In this document: positions 27,601 to 38,400 of the stretch, in pieces | How positions within the stretch are numbered: position 1 is the first letter of the stretch | Layout: every line of letters starts with the position of its first letter | Assembly (NCBI GenBank): GCA_001642005.1 | Contig: LWCA01000159.1 | Span: 1 to 45,838, forward strand | Length of the DNA: 45,838 nt | From: Intoshia linei | Taxonomy: Eukaryota; Animalia; Orthonectida | Reading direction: 5' to 3' | Position numbers and translations under genes: made by a program | Notes under the pieces: model-generated | The model's database searches: none | The model's input: only the letters and a program-made list of their open reading frames with translations | What the model was told of the DNA's origin: nothing

Positions 27601-27931
27601 TAAATAAAAAATTTTTTTATTTGATTTTTCTAAAATATAGATGATTGAAATATCACACAAAGTTGATAAAAACATCCAAATGAAAAACGAATCGCATTTG
27701 AAATTGACATGTTTTACCATAATGTACGAATTATTAATATCGAGGAACAAGGAAAATCCATTACAAACTAAATTAAACTCTATTTTGGATTCAATAACAT
27801 GTAACGAAGAATGTACAAAGCCATCAAAACAAAAAATGCGAATAAAAAATGCCTACTTGTATTACAATTCTGTTTACAAGGATAAGAAGCCGACACTTCA
27901 AAATTTAGTGAAAATGTTGATAAAAGATTAA
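6680..27931 (+). CDS. BBS9: BBS9/PTHB1-like BBSome subunit, highly diverged, multi-exon
   Basis: Exons 6680-6803 (MSLFGLENIW), 6846-7002, 16245-16318, 16461-16551 (TSHGDEWIWK), 17487-17726 (IIIQLINGYFNIYQQE), about 19520-19598, 19642-19738, 19851-19980 (NRLIIMDNFTVKW), 20300-20487 (LNGVIFTIDSTG), then about 20586, 22333, 23370, 23789, 24713, 25388 and 25751, and last exon 27641-27931. Segment order matches BBS9 as I recall it (MSLF..W, EHGNQ, ICIQSMDG..FEQE, LKWA, LKGVIVTLSDDG). One junction near 17726-19520 is unresolved. Confidence 0.75.
7841..8393. mobile_element. hAT-type MITE
   Basis: TIRs CAGTGGCGACTC / GAGTCGCCACTG; perfect TSD ATATGTTG; subterminal CTCGGGC repeats. Confidence 0.9.
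8402..11305 (-). mobile_element. Decayed Ty3/Gypsy retrotransposon A (gag-PR-RT-IN, RNase H deleted) in BBS9 intron 2
   Basis: CCHC knuckle CSKCNKNGHINDYC, protease FIDTGA, frameshifted RT (9300-10100), integrase WQLDFAGPFP with core running to about 8450. Many stops; no LTRs identified. Confidence 0.9.
11306..13630 (-). mobile_element. Decayed Ty3/Gypsy retrotransposon B (gag-RT-RNase H, integrase lost)
   Basis: PBS-like TGGCGCCGACGACAGG (13630-13615), knuckle CIICKVANHDTNNC (13051-13010), RT DLNSGYWQI and MAFGLCNAPSTF, RNase H TDASMLAIGGIL and IIYRPGKLHNDADALS. Confidence 0.88.
13832..14303. mobile_element. Probable hAT-type MITE
   Basis: Termini CAGGGGCGGAT / ATCGCCCCTA; TSD not clean. 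Confidence 0.55.
14718..15170 (-). mobile_element. Possible decayed non-LTR (LINE) 3' fragment
   Basis: ORF ...NHNLTNLKSIKTSALGRTSFCLYKLHN resembles the post-RT C-terminus of CR1/L2-type ORF2; weak similarity. Confidence 0.35.
17068..17413 (+). mobile_element. hAT MITE, CAGAGCCGT family (346 bp)
   Basis: TIRs CAGAGCCGT / ACGGCTCTG; TSD AATATGAG / AATATGGG. Confidence 0.88.
18061..18397 (+). mobile_element. Helitron 5' fragment
   Basis: A^TCCTTACTTACATAATATG start; colinear with about 1368-1715. Confidence 0.75.
18461..18598. repeat. Small foldback/TIR element (partial copy at about 7332-7440)
   Basis: taaagtgtccagaaa...tttctggacacttta inverted arms; reverse-complement match to 7332-7440. 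Confidence 0.6.
20834..21767 (+). mobile_element. hAT deletion derivative (934 bp) with transposase C-terminal remnant
   Basis: Same termini, perfect TSD AGTACACG. Internal peptides ECQQFKHY, FPNLKFA and RTFFKLKIIKNELR..RLNALSLM match the hAT dimerisation region. Confidence 0.9.
21805..22295. mobile_element. hAT-type MITE
   Basis: TIRs CAGCCATTCTCAAC / GTTGAGAATGCCTG; TSD ATGTACAC / GTGTACAC. Confidence 0.82.
22512..23330 (-). mobile_element. Helitron copy with 3' end
   Basis: Reverse complement of about 4660-5407; CTAG terminus at 22512. Confidence 0.75.
24136..24673. mobile_element. Tc1/mariner-pogo MITE containing a Helitron 5' fragment (about 24285-24578, -)
   Basis: TA^CAGTGAAGCCTCCA ... 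TGGAGGCTTGACTG^TA. Confidence 0.8.
25928..27081 (-). mobile_element. Helitron copy with both termini, centre replaced by a Tigger-like element
   Basis: 5' TC at 27081 and 3' CTAG at 25928; interrupted at 26028-26814. Confidence 0.75.
26028..26814 (-). mobile_element. Tigger/pogo-like deletion derivative
   Basis: TIRs TAGTGGAATTCGCTTATA / TATAAGCGGATTCTACTG flanked by TA. Minus-strand MALKRKSLKLEEKIIILDKI...VPRSTIGNLLK (from about 26541) is a CENP-B/Tigger N-terminal HTH. Confidence 0.82.
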
Positions 27932-27963
27932 ATTTTAATTTACAATTACATATTGTAATATAA

Positions 27964-30900
27964 TCAACTTATGGTACAACATGTCACACGAGATTTAATA
28001 TTAGTGGATTCTTCGAATGATTTAGCAAAATTTTCATAAAATGCCAAAATAATGACAGTTGGATTTTTTAGCTAAATTTATGTATAATAAAAATAAAAAT
28101 AAAAAAAGTAAAAATTTAATTTGAGGATTTGAAATTGAACATTGCAATATTATCGCTTACATTAATTTGTGCTATAGCTTTCTCAGTGATTAACTCACAA
28201 TCGTATAATGCAATGCGTCTTAATTTTGGACATTCTGCTAATAGTTCAAGAGATTTATCTGTAATTTTTTTACAATTTTCAATGTCGAGTGATGTTAGAG
28301 TTTTGTAATTAGTTGATATTATTCCACAAATACCATCGTCGGTTATGTTGACACAGTTTGATAAAATCTATATTAAAAATAGATAAATTATTTTTTGCCA
28401 GAAATGGTCAATATATTATAATATACACAGTATTTAATACGCCGCTGTTTTGTATGATATATATTTCTGATTCAAAGTGGTCGATAGGTCGCATGCGGCC
28501 CGTCGAATAAATTATTAATATGGCGTTAATAAATATAGAAAATGTATTTACCACATTTCTTAACACTTTTGTATTGATTGATAGTACAAGTAAGCACAAG
28601 TCGCTGATATTGCGGCAGTTTTCTATATCTACATTTTCAAGATATTTTGATTTCTAAATTTCATTGTATAAATGAAATAGTTTAACTATTACTTTAAAAA
28701 TTTCCATTAAGCCAGTATCTGTAAATTCAGAACAATTGCATGCTTCAAAATTTCTAAATTCAAAATTTATATTTAATATGGTAATATAATTTATAATGCA
28801 ATAATTAACATTGGGTTGGTATTTAAATTAAATTTAATCTATCACACCTAGTGTAGTCAAACTGGTTTACCGAAATAAAATATTCGACTTTAAAGGATTG
28901 CTAATAGTGAGTGAAGTATTTTTAATTAAGATTTTATTATTGAATTTATTTTTCTAGTAGAATTAAAAAAGTTTGCCCTCGGCAGCAGAGCCGTTTTAAG
29001 GTATGGGCAATATGGGCTATAGCTCAGGGCCCCTCATTAAAAAAAGCCCCAAATTAATAAAAGTACTTTACATTTATATCTTAAAAAGAGGCCCCAATTT
29101 ATTAAAAAATACTTCACATTTATATCTTAAGAATCAGTTTATAAGTTTTGAAGTGTGCCAATTCAAATTGCTAGAAAGAAAATAGTTTAAAGAATCAAAG
29201 TTCTGATAATTATTCAATTTAAAATAAAATGCTTTTATGAATACTCAATGAAATAAGACTCTAAGTCTTCAACCAACAGTATGTCGTGTCTTCTAAACAG
29301 GGGACATAATTTTTAATATCGCTTCGCTCGAAATTTTAAAGGGCCCGGCCCTTTGCTTAACCCAGGGCCACGAAGTGGCTTAAGACGGCTCTGCTCGGCA
29401 GAGCTAGGATGCGATTTTTACGAACTATATAACATTCAAGCTAGTAAATACATAAAACATAATAGTGCTGCCTTAGATGTAAAAAATAAATTAACAAGGA
29501 ATAATACATATTTTTTCTGATATTACCTTAAATAATTCAATTTTTTTGACAAATGAATGAGTCCAATATCGGTATATATTTTACTTCCTGAAATATATAA
29601 TGTATTTATGTTTTTACAGCTTCTTCCGATGCTTTTAAGAGCTTCATCGGTTAGATTCTAAAAATAAAATTTATCATGCATTACAGTAGCGGTTCCCAAA
29701 TCCCATAAATTATTTTTGAATACCGGTTCGTCTGATACAATGACTCAGTTTATGATTCATAAATTGTAAATATTCCATAGTTAAAATTCACAAAATAATT
29801 GAAAATATAAATGAACTTATAATAAGTTTATATACATATAATAATAGTAATAATAATAGTATAATACTAGTTTGACTGTTAAGTACTACGGACAAACAGC
29901 ACCTAGCTCTGTCGAGGGTACATTTTTATTCTACAAAAAAAATAAATTCACGTTCAAAATCTAACTTAAAAATCCTACTATTCACTATTATTAATCCTTT
30001 AAAGAAGTGGTTCCCAAACTTCTTGCAGGTAGAACTATCACATCACATTACTTTTTACTTTAAAGTGAATTATTTCATCTTAATCTTGTTTTGTTAACAT
30101 TTGTGTGAAGAATTTTAAAAACAATTGTTATCCCATTTTTTATATTATTAGACAGAATGTGTGTATAATAATAAAAATAAAGTTAAAAAAAATAAAAATT
30201 AAAGTAATTAATTAATTAAGTAAGTAATTAAATTAAAATAAAAGATATCCACACAAAATTATCCGACGTTTTAAGTCATCTAGAACTAGCATTTAAAACG
30301 ATCAATGGTGACGTCATACAGGGATGCATAAATAAATCTGATTCTGCAATAAAAAATTGCTACCAATAAATGTCCCAATTTAATGAAATTAGTCAGAAAA
30401 CAAAGAAGAATTATATGAATTTGAATCAGATTTGAATTCAAATAGAATCAGAAAATTGAATCAGGTAATACATGTATTTTAAATTGTATTTTAATTTTTA
30501 AATTGTTAGTATTTCAACAAAGAGATGTAAAAGTCGAACCAAACATTTTTTATCATAAATATTTGTCCTTTATTCATAAATATTAAATATATAGCTACAG
30601 TTTTAAAAATTAGATTTATGTTCTAATAATATGTATATTATTAATAATATTATTATTAAACATATTAATAATTATGAAAGATTTCATTTTCTCTAGCATG
30701 ATATCTGTCGATGACTGTTAATAAAAATTTACATATTTACTCTAAGGGCGACCAAAATTATTATGGCTTGAAAGCACACATAATGATAATAATAACACAA
30801 TATTACATATAAAAGAGTAAATATTACGCAGCAGTAATTAATATTGATAGTTGTTAATAGCGGAGATTCAGTTACTAAATTTTCAATAGCATCATCGGTC

Positions 30901-31885
30901 AGCTATAAATAAATTAGATCAAAAATGGTAAATTTAGAAAGTTAATAATCACCATTTCACAATAACTGCAGTTAAAATCGGAAATATTTTTACAGCCTTT
31001 TAATAATTGGGATATTCCATGTGATGTAAGCTGTCTACAGCAAGATATGTCCAAGACATTTAAATGTTTACAATTTTGACTAAAAGGATTAAATTATCAA
31101 GAAAATATATAAAATAACCCAAAATAAAATAAAGTTAAATCGGTAATTTTTTGAAGAGATTTTATATACAATTCTCTCAGTTTAGATGTGTGGCAAGTTA
31201 TTGATTCAAAAGCACTATAAATTTTTTTATATACAAATAATTACATTGTAAATTACTCATCAGTCAAATTACTGCATCCAGACAAATTCAGAATTTGAAT
31301 GTTTTTGCTACGGTCAACTAATCGTCTATAATTATAATTACATTGAATTTTTTAACAAAAAAAATTGCATAAGTTTACATAATTTGTTGATTAGCTAAGA
31401 AGGTACAATCATAAAATTCAAGGTGAGTTAAAAAATTGCTACATTTGTACATGATTGAATTTATGACGATAGTCTAAAATCGCATATATAAATTAAAATT
31501 AAATAAAAACTCGTAGTCTATATTGTTTATTTGTAAAAGAAATTTTTTTCCAATTCAATCCATCATTGCATAATCTGTACCACCTCTAATTAAATTGAAA
31601 ACTTAATTATAACTTTTTCAAATTTACCTTACTGACCAAAGACACATTCATCAAATTATGCTTATTGAGAAGCTGTGTTATTCTAAATTTTTAATGTACT
31701 CCCTTCATTACACATTTAAATTCACTTAAATACCTGACTAAAATTTCATTTGACAATGAATCCATTGTACATTTTGATTTAATCATTTGATCCTTTACAG
31801 AAGATTTAAGAAATTCAATCTTTATGCCTGGTTCAACTATCTTATTCTTAGATTTTTCGTAAAAACATTTTGAGAAAGAATTCAT
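27964..31885 (-). CDS. F-box/LRR protein, FBXL2/FBXL20-like, with C-terminal CaaX (CTIS*)
   Basis: F-box MDSLSNEILVRITQLLNKHNLMNVSLVSKRWYRLCNDGLNWKKI over exons 31885-31734, 31682-31628 and 31585-31511. Cys-containing LRR exons follow (LNLSGCSNLTD, LDISCCRQLT, NLTDEALKSI, ILSNCVNITDDG, LDIENCKKITDKSL, LYDCELIT). Last exon 28071-27964 ends RVTCCTIS*. Confidence 0.88.
28888..29444 (+). mobile_element. Diverged Helitron 3' portion carrying a hAT MITE
   Basis: tttaaaggattgctaatag...ctcggcag[MITE]ctcggcagagctagg...caagCTAG^T. Confidence 0.65.
28986..29393 (+). mobile_element. hAT MITE, CAGAGCCGT family (408 bp)
   Basis: TIRs CAGAGCCGTTTTAAG / CTTAAGACGGCTCTG; perfect TSD CTCGGCAG. Confidence 0.9.
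29867..30185 (-). mobile_element. Helitron 3' fragment in FBXL intron
   Basis: a|ctagtttgactgttaagtactacggacaaacagc..., colinear with the 22512 copy. Confidence 0.75.
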
Positions 31886-32215
31886 TTACATTTTACGTTA
31901 TAAATGTTTGTAAAATTCAAAGTCCAAATCCAAATTCTACTGTTGCTGAGTAAATGAATCATCTAATAAAAATTAACTAGCGACAGTCAGAATTTATCCT
32001 ATATTGTTATCCTACATACTCATAAATTATTAAGTGACTTTTTGCAAATTTGACACATGCTATATTATAATATTCAATACATTTGTTAATTGATAAACTA
32101 CGATTTCAATTAAATCAAAGTTCACGATTCCTTAATATGGAATCCCCATACACAGATTATACCCTAGCGATCTGGAGGTCACCGAAAAAAAAATTATTTG
32201 ATAATAAATTAAAAA

Positions 32216-32755
32216 CTAAGCTGACTGTTATGTACTACGTACAAACAGCATCTAGCTCTGCCGAGGGACATTTATATTCTACCAAAAAAATAAATTCACG
32301 TTGAAAATCTAACTTAAAAATCCTACTATTCACTATTATCCATAAACAAGTGGTTCCCAAACTTGTTTCAGGTGGAACCATCATATGACATTACTATTGA
32401 AAATCTAACTTAAAAATCCTACTATTCACTATTATCAATTCTTTAAAGGATCCAAACTTGTTTCAGGTGGAACCGTCATATCATATTACTTTTTACTTTA
32501 AAGTGAATTATTCCATCTTAATTTTTTTGTTTGTTAACATTTTGTAAAGAATTTTAAAAACAATTGTTATCCCATTTTTTTAATTTATTAGACAGAATCT
32601 GTGTATAATATTAAAAATAAGGTAAAAACAGTCCAATCCTAAAAATTGTCATACATAGCATAAATACCAGAAAAAATAAAATGATAAAAACCTATTTTGT
32701 CATTTTCAATGTGATGAATCATCACTGATAATATATATTCAGTACCAATTTAATA
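32216..32755 (-). mobile_element. Helitron 3' fragment with an internal ~96-bp tandem duplication
   Basis: Colinear with the 22512 copy; ttgaaaatctaacttaaaaatcctactattcactattatc occurs at 32301 and 32397. Confidence 0.75.
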
Positions 32756-32998
32756 TTTATTTTATTATTATTAATTTTTTATGTTATAAGGGGCTCGCGC
32801 ACACAAAAAGATTGAAAACCACTGCTTTATACTGAATAATGTTGATTTAATTCAATTTAAATTACTAAACTGTATAAGGTTCCCAAATTTAGCATTATCG
32901 CGTTTTAAATATTGCAAACGCATTATGCGTTGTAATTTTGGTTATTGTCAATTTTTAAACGGAATATATGTTTAGTTTACATTTTAAATTAAAATTTA

Positions 32999-34373
32999 AT
33001 GGATAAATTAAAATTTGAAACTGAATCTGAACGAGATGAAGCTGAAAAAGACGTAAATAAGAGTACAATTGAAGAAATATTATCAAACTCGGATAAAAAC
33101 ATTTTTGCTTTTCCTGAACTGAACACTGTCATTAACACTAAAAATCTTTTGAATACATTGAAAGATGATTTAATTTCTGAAAATGATATTGTTCGGAATA
33201 TTGAACAAAACAAAAATTTGCAGGGAGAATTGAATATGCAGGTTTTCTTTATTTATAGTACCTTAATCAGGATTGCGGTATGTCAAATTGAATAAAAAAT
33301 TTTTTCATGATAATCATATCAGTAAGAATGGTATACACTAGCGGTTCCCAACATACTTCACAGTTGGTACCCCTAAACTGAAAAATATAATTTGGTACCC
33401 CATAATAATTTAAATTTAGTGTAAGTATGACACCGTATCAATTAAAAAAAATGTTTAAAATGATAAAACTCTACTTGACCAAAAAGGGATAGGTGAAAAA
33501 TGATGATTGAACTGACGAAATAGGAACGTAAATATATTTAATATGCAACCTTAATTCGCAGAGATTATCAAATAGACACAAATATATAAGGAACTAAGTA
33601 GATTATTACAAATTAATTTTAATTTTCTATTATGTTTGGGAATTTAAAAAATATCTATAATTTATGAGTCATAGTATCAGACGAGCTGGTACCCAAAATA
33701 ATTTCTGGTACCCTTAGGGGTCCCAGAACTCCATTTGGGAATCGTTGTGGATTTCCGTTAAATTAAAAAGCTTTTACCAAACATTTTACTTGGCTTTGAC
33801 CCTTCAAAATTGATACTATCTCTGATTTCCAGTAAAAATTATTTAAAAATTTTAAAATGGTGTTTACCATAATTTATTTTTTTATATCAAAATAAAAGCT
33901 GAGATTTATAAAAATATACCATTTAAACTTTGAATAAACCGCGTTTTTCACAAGTGGATCGCTAACTGTATTTTTGGTTCAACATACTATACATCAATTA
34001 AACACTTAGGCTTCCTCAAAAATAAACAAAGAAAAATTCGATTCCGTTTACACGAGTTTACCAGACATACACACACCTAAAAAATTTCTTAAATTTAAAA
34101 ATAAAGAATATTTTGATAATCAAATAGAGGTATAATTCCTTTTTTAATTTTAAATAGTATAATACATATTTTGAATTTTAGCTCTCCATTGACTATGAAT
34201 ATCCATCCATGGAAGGTATTATCAATATGGATTATACTGATATAATTAATTCGTACAAATTCCCTTTTTCATACAATGAAAAATCAAAAATTGACCAAGA
34301 TTTACTTTTTTTATATAATAAAGAAATTGACAAAGAATATCAATTATTTGATAGCAATATGGCCGTAGATTAA
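32999..34373 (+). CDS. Two-exon acidic hypothetical protein (about 144 aa)
   Basis: Exon 1 32999-33241 (MDKLKFETESER...ELNMQ|gt) joins in phase 0 to exon 2 34182-34373 (ag|LSIDYEYPSMEG...NMAVD*). No recognised domain. Confidence 0.55.
33339..33748. mobile_element. hAT-like MITE in the orphan-gene intron (related fragment about 29687-29800)
   Basis: Termini TAGCGGTTCCCAA / TTGGGAATCGTTG; GGTACCC subterminal repeats. Confidence 0.6.
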
Positions 34374-35424
34374 AAATTTTTCAAATGTAATAATAAAATT
34401 TCCAATTTAAATTAATACATGTATCAGGAGTCGCCAAAGTGGTCCATACGGACCTCTAGGGATCCGTTAAAAATTATGAGATTATTGGGGTCCACGGCAA
34501 AAAAAGGTTAAAAAATCCTAATATACAGGACAATTCAGATTTTTTTTATATATAAATTAGTAAACACTGTTTACAGTTATTATAACATTTGGTGCCTTAA
34601 TTAAAACTTTCATTTGCCCACTTTTTTTCAACAAATAAATTGGATATAACTATTAATTACATCAATTAAAATTTAATAATAAAAATGTACATTTGTAAAA
34701 AATAAATAAAGATAAAATACAAATCATTTTTCAACAATTCGTTCTGTATTGATACCACTTTTTCCTATTTAAAATAATTAAATTATACATCTAAGACAGG
34801 GTCGTTGAGAGCCAGCAGTAGGCCCGGCCCAGATGGAAATTGTAGGTCCCTATAAAAAGCTTAATCGATCGTTCATTATTTAAAAATTAAAAATACCCGT
34901 TGGAAATCGCATAGGTTATCGAAATTTTGGTATACTTAAGAAATTTTTCAAGAATATTATTATAATCTTATTTTATTTATCATCAATTTTTGGACATCAA
35001 AGATTCCATTTTAACAACCACAATTATGCATAAATAAAACTTACGTATAAACACATTTCTGGAAAGGTTTTTAATGCGATTAAGAGTATTTCTAGAAGAG
35101 TATCGGTATTTTGTAAAGCAATTTGAATTTTCTATACAAAACAATAAAAATAAAGAATAATTTGATTGACCATTATTACAAAGAACAAAAAATGGCCTTA
35201 TAAACTAAAATTATATCAACGATTCCCTAAAACTTTGGGAAAGTAATCCATAAACCCACACGGTTTTTTTAGTTTCAAAATGTCTTTTCTTCATAATTAG
35301 ATTAAAAGTATCTCCCTAATTAAAAACACCAAGGTAACAATTTTCTGACGTAATTTGTGAAAATTTTAATTTAGTCATTCCTTAATGTAAACCCGCGGAC
35401 CAATACCAGTAATATTAAATTAAT

Positions 35425-38400
35425 TTAAAAAACGTGATAACTGTTAAAATAAGGTAAAAGTAAAAAATTACTTTGAAACCCATTTGTATTGACCCACATG
35501 AGTTTACTAATATTTCGAATCCATTCGTCTCTGACACTTTGATCTTGCATTTGAATTAAAAAGGTGTCATGAGGTCTCTTGTCTTTGCAAATTTTTCTTT
35601 TAAGGTTAATATTTTCATGGTAAACCAAATTAAATTTTTGAATAGACACATTTTCTTGATTTTCACATTGAAAATGTACACTTGAATTTAAACAATTTTT
35701 AGAGTCAATCATTTTAGATTTATACAAAGGATATACTGGTTTATTGCTTGAATAAGTTACGTCTATACAAAATTGAATATTATCTGGATTTTTCGAAAGT
35801 ATACGAATAGAAGAAATTTCTAAAAGTGAGAAAGCAAATTTAAACTTATTTACATTATTTTTATTTTTCGTAAAAATTAAAACTCGATCAAAAAGATACA
35901 TGTCCAAAACATTTGAACAAATTGGTACATAAACAAATCCTGACTTTGCTTCTACATGTAAAAGTTCATTTTTACTGTTACAAGATTTCGTATGTTTCCT
36001 GAGTATACTGGCCTTACCCTTGCAAATCAATTTTCCCTGTTTCTTTAAATTAATGGGACATTCAATCACAGAATAAGCTTCCAACAAGTCATTTCCGTGA
36101 CCAAGACATTTATTCATGCAATTTATAGCAGATTCAACAATTTCTAAAGTTGAACCAGTGACAATCTTGGTGAAAGATGTTAATATAAGAAGATACCGAG
36201 AAAGTCTTTGAACTGGCTCAAGAAGCAAGCTATTGATACCTAATGCATCATTCAATTTTCGCTGTTTTTCTTGAAATAATAAATAACCTCCATTCTGAAG
36301 AGCCTTTTCGGAACAAGGTTTATTGGCGTTGTAAATGGAATACAACATGAAGGATTCAATGTGGTTTAAAAAAATGTTACAAATTTCCGAAACTTTTAAA
36401 TTTTCACTAGTATTTTTTTGGCAATTTAAAATTTGAGGTAGGAAATAAACGTTGTGAAATTTATACAAGGCTTCAACATTAGAAAATATTTCATATTCTC
36501 GACAAGACCAGTACTGAGATCGTTCCAAAACGGGGATATAATGGTCTACAATTTTTTGTAATCTAGCAAGATAGACGTGTTCAGTTTCAATCAATTCGCA
36601 GACAATTTTTGCAATTGGGGTGGATTGGTTCATAATTGAGTTTAATCTTTGAGTCATATTTTTTGGCGCATTTTTTTTTAATTTAGCATCATGTATAGCC
36701 TCAGTGCTGTCATAACCTGATGAGCTATAAACATCTTCACATTTTTTTGTATTATCAAATTTTATACTAGAAAAATTGCAATTTTCAATATTTTTATCAA
36801 AGCAGTTTTTGACAATGTCGGTCAACATGCATTTGATTTCACCAATAAAATGATTAATATTATTAAAACTTGATTCATCAACCAATTTTTCAATTTTATT
36901 AATGAAACAATCAAAATTCTTTGAAAAAATATGAATGGAATTAAATATTAATGATATTATGTCAATTTGTCCATTTCGGTAAAAAGATAAATTACTAACC
37001 TTATTCTTGGACAATAATTGAACCTGTAACTTTTTTGAATCTATACAACGTACAATTTGCAATTTCTGGAAAATGTAATTGATAACAGCATCTCGCATTG
37101 TCATTACATTGGAATTTTTAAAAAAGACATTAAACTCTTCATAATTTTTGTCGTCGAGTTTTTTCATCCAATTGTAAAAATCGGAAATTGCTTGGATCCG
37201 TTTAATAACTTCCATATCCGCATTTTCATAATCAATATTTTCGGAAAAATGACAAATTTTTTCATACATTTTAACAAATTCAGACCATTTTAATATTGCC
37301 GTAGAGGCCATTGTTTCTAAATAAGCCAATGTATCATGGTATTGTGTCAAATCTGTAGATTCTAGATGTGATAATGAACATTTTAAATCATGGATACAAT
37401 CCAATGAAGACTCGTAAATAAATTGAACACTGGATACTTTGTTTGATATAATGTTAAACAATTTTTCGTCTACATTTTCAACATTTGATTCATATTGTGT
37501 ATCATTTTTAATATCCTTGTTCCAATGAGTTAACATTGATTTTACAATTAATTTTAAATTTTTAAATGACTTTTTATTCAATTTTTCATGTTTACATCCT
37601 TTGATACTATCGTCTCGGATTGTTTTAACTAAATTAGTACAATTTTTCAACTTTTTATTTAGCAAGCCTATTCCTCGATATGTTGTATCCATAGACCGCA
37701 GACATTGAATTAAAATGTTATCGCATTCCTAAAATTTTATTGAAAAAATGTATAAATATTTCATACTATACGAAATTTAATCCACAATTCAAGGTTATCG
37801 TCTCGTCTGTTACCAATTATTTTTGACAAATTTTCCTGGTTTATAAATTTGCTCAATTTTTCAACATTTTCGATAACATTCACTTTCTATTAAAAAATTA
37901 AATACATGAAATGTATATTGCAATATGCAAATCCCATGAACCCAAAAAATTTTTCAAATTTTTTTTGTGCAAATGATGTTCAAACACGAAATGTCTCATA
38001 AACTAGGAGGGGTTTATGTGGAACACATTGGCGACCGTGCTGAAATTTTATATGTTTTTAAACCATCAAATTACAAATTATCAATAAATTTCAAGTAATA
38101 ATCTTTACTTATATACAGGTATACCTCGATTAACGCGAAATTCGGTTATCGCGTTGTTTTTTTTGTGTCAATTCCTCAATTAACGCGGTGAAAAATGATT
38201 TTAAAAAAAATTTTTTATATTGAAATTATTATGAAACAGCTCTTTACTGAAAAAAATGCCCTCTTCAACATTTTTATCGAAAAATAAAATAGCAATGCAT
38301 AAATATAAGGTATTTTATATATTTAAAAAAATATATATATTTTTTTTAGGTCTCAAAGGATAGAATAACTGTCTTACTTGCTGGAAATGCTGATGGTGAT

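Noticed and set aside
29003-29185. 60-aa ORF
   Set aside because: Lies inside a non-coding hAT MITE terminus.
32083-32304. 73-aa ORF sharing a tail with ORF 25759
   Set aside because: The shared tail is Helitron terminal sequence read through.
37057-37293. 78-aa plus ORF (also minus ORFs ending at 23720, 32989, 43324, 44837)
   Set aside because: Antisense to real coding exons or pol segments.
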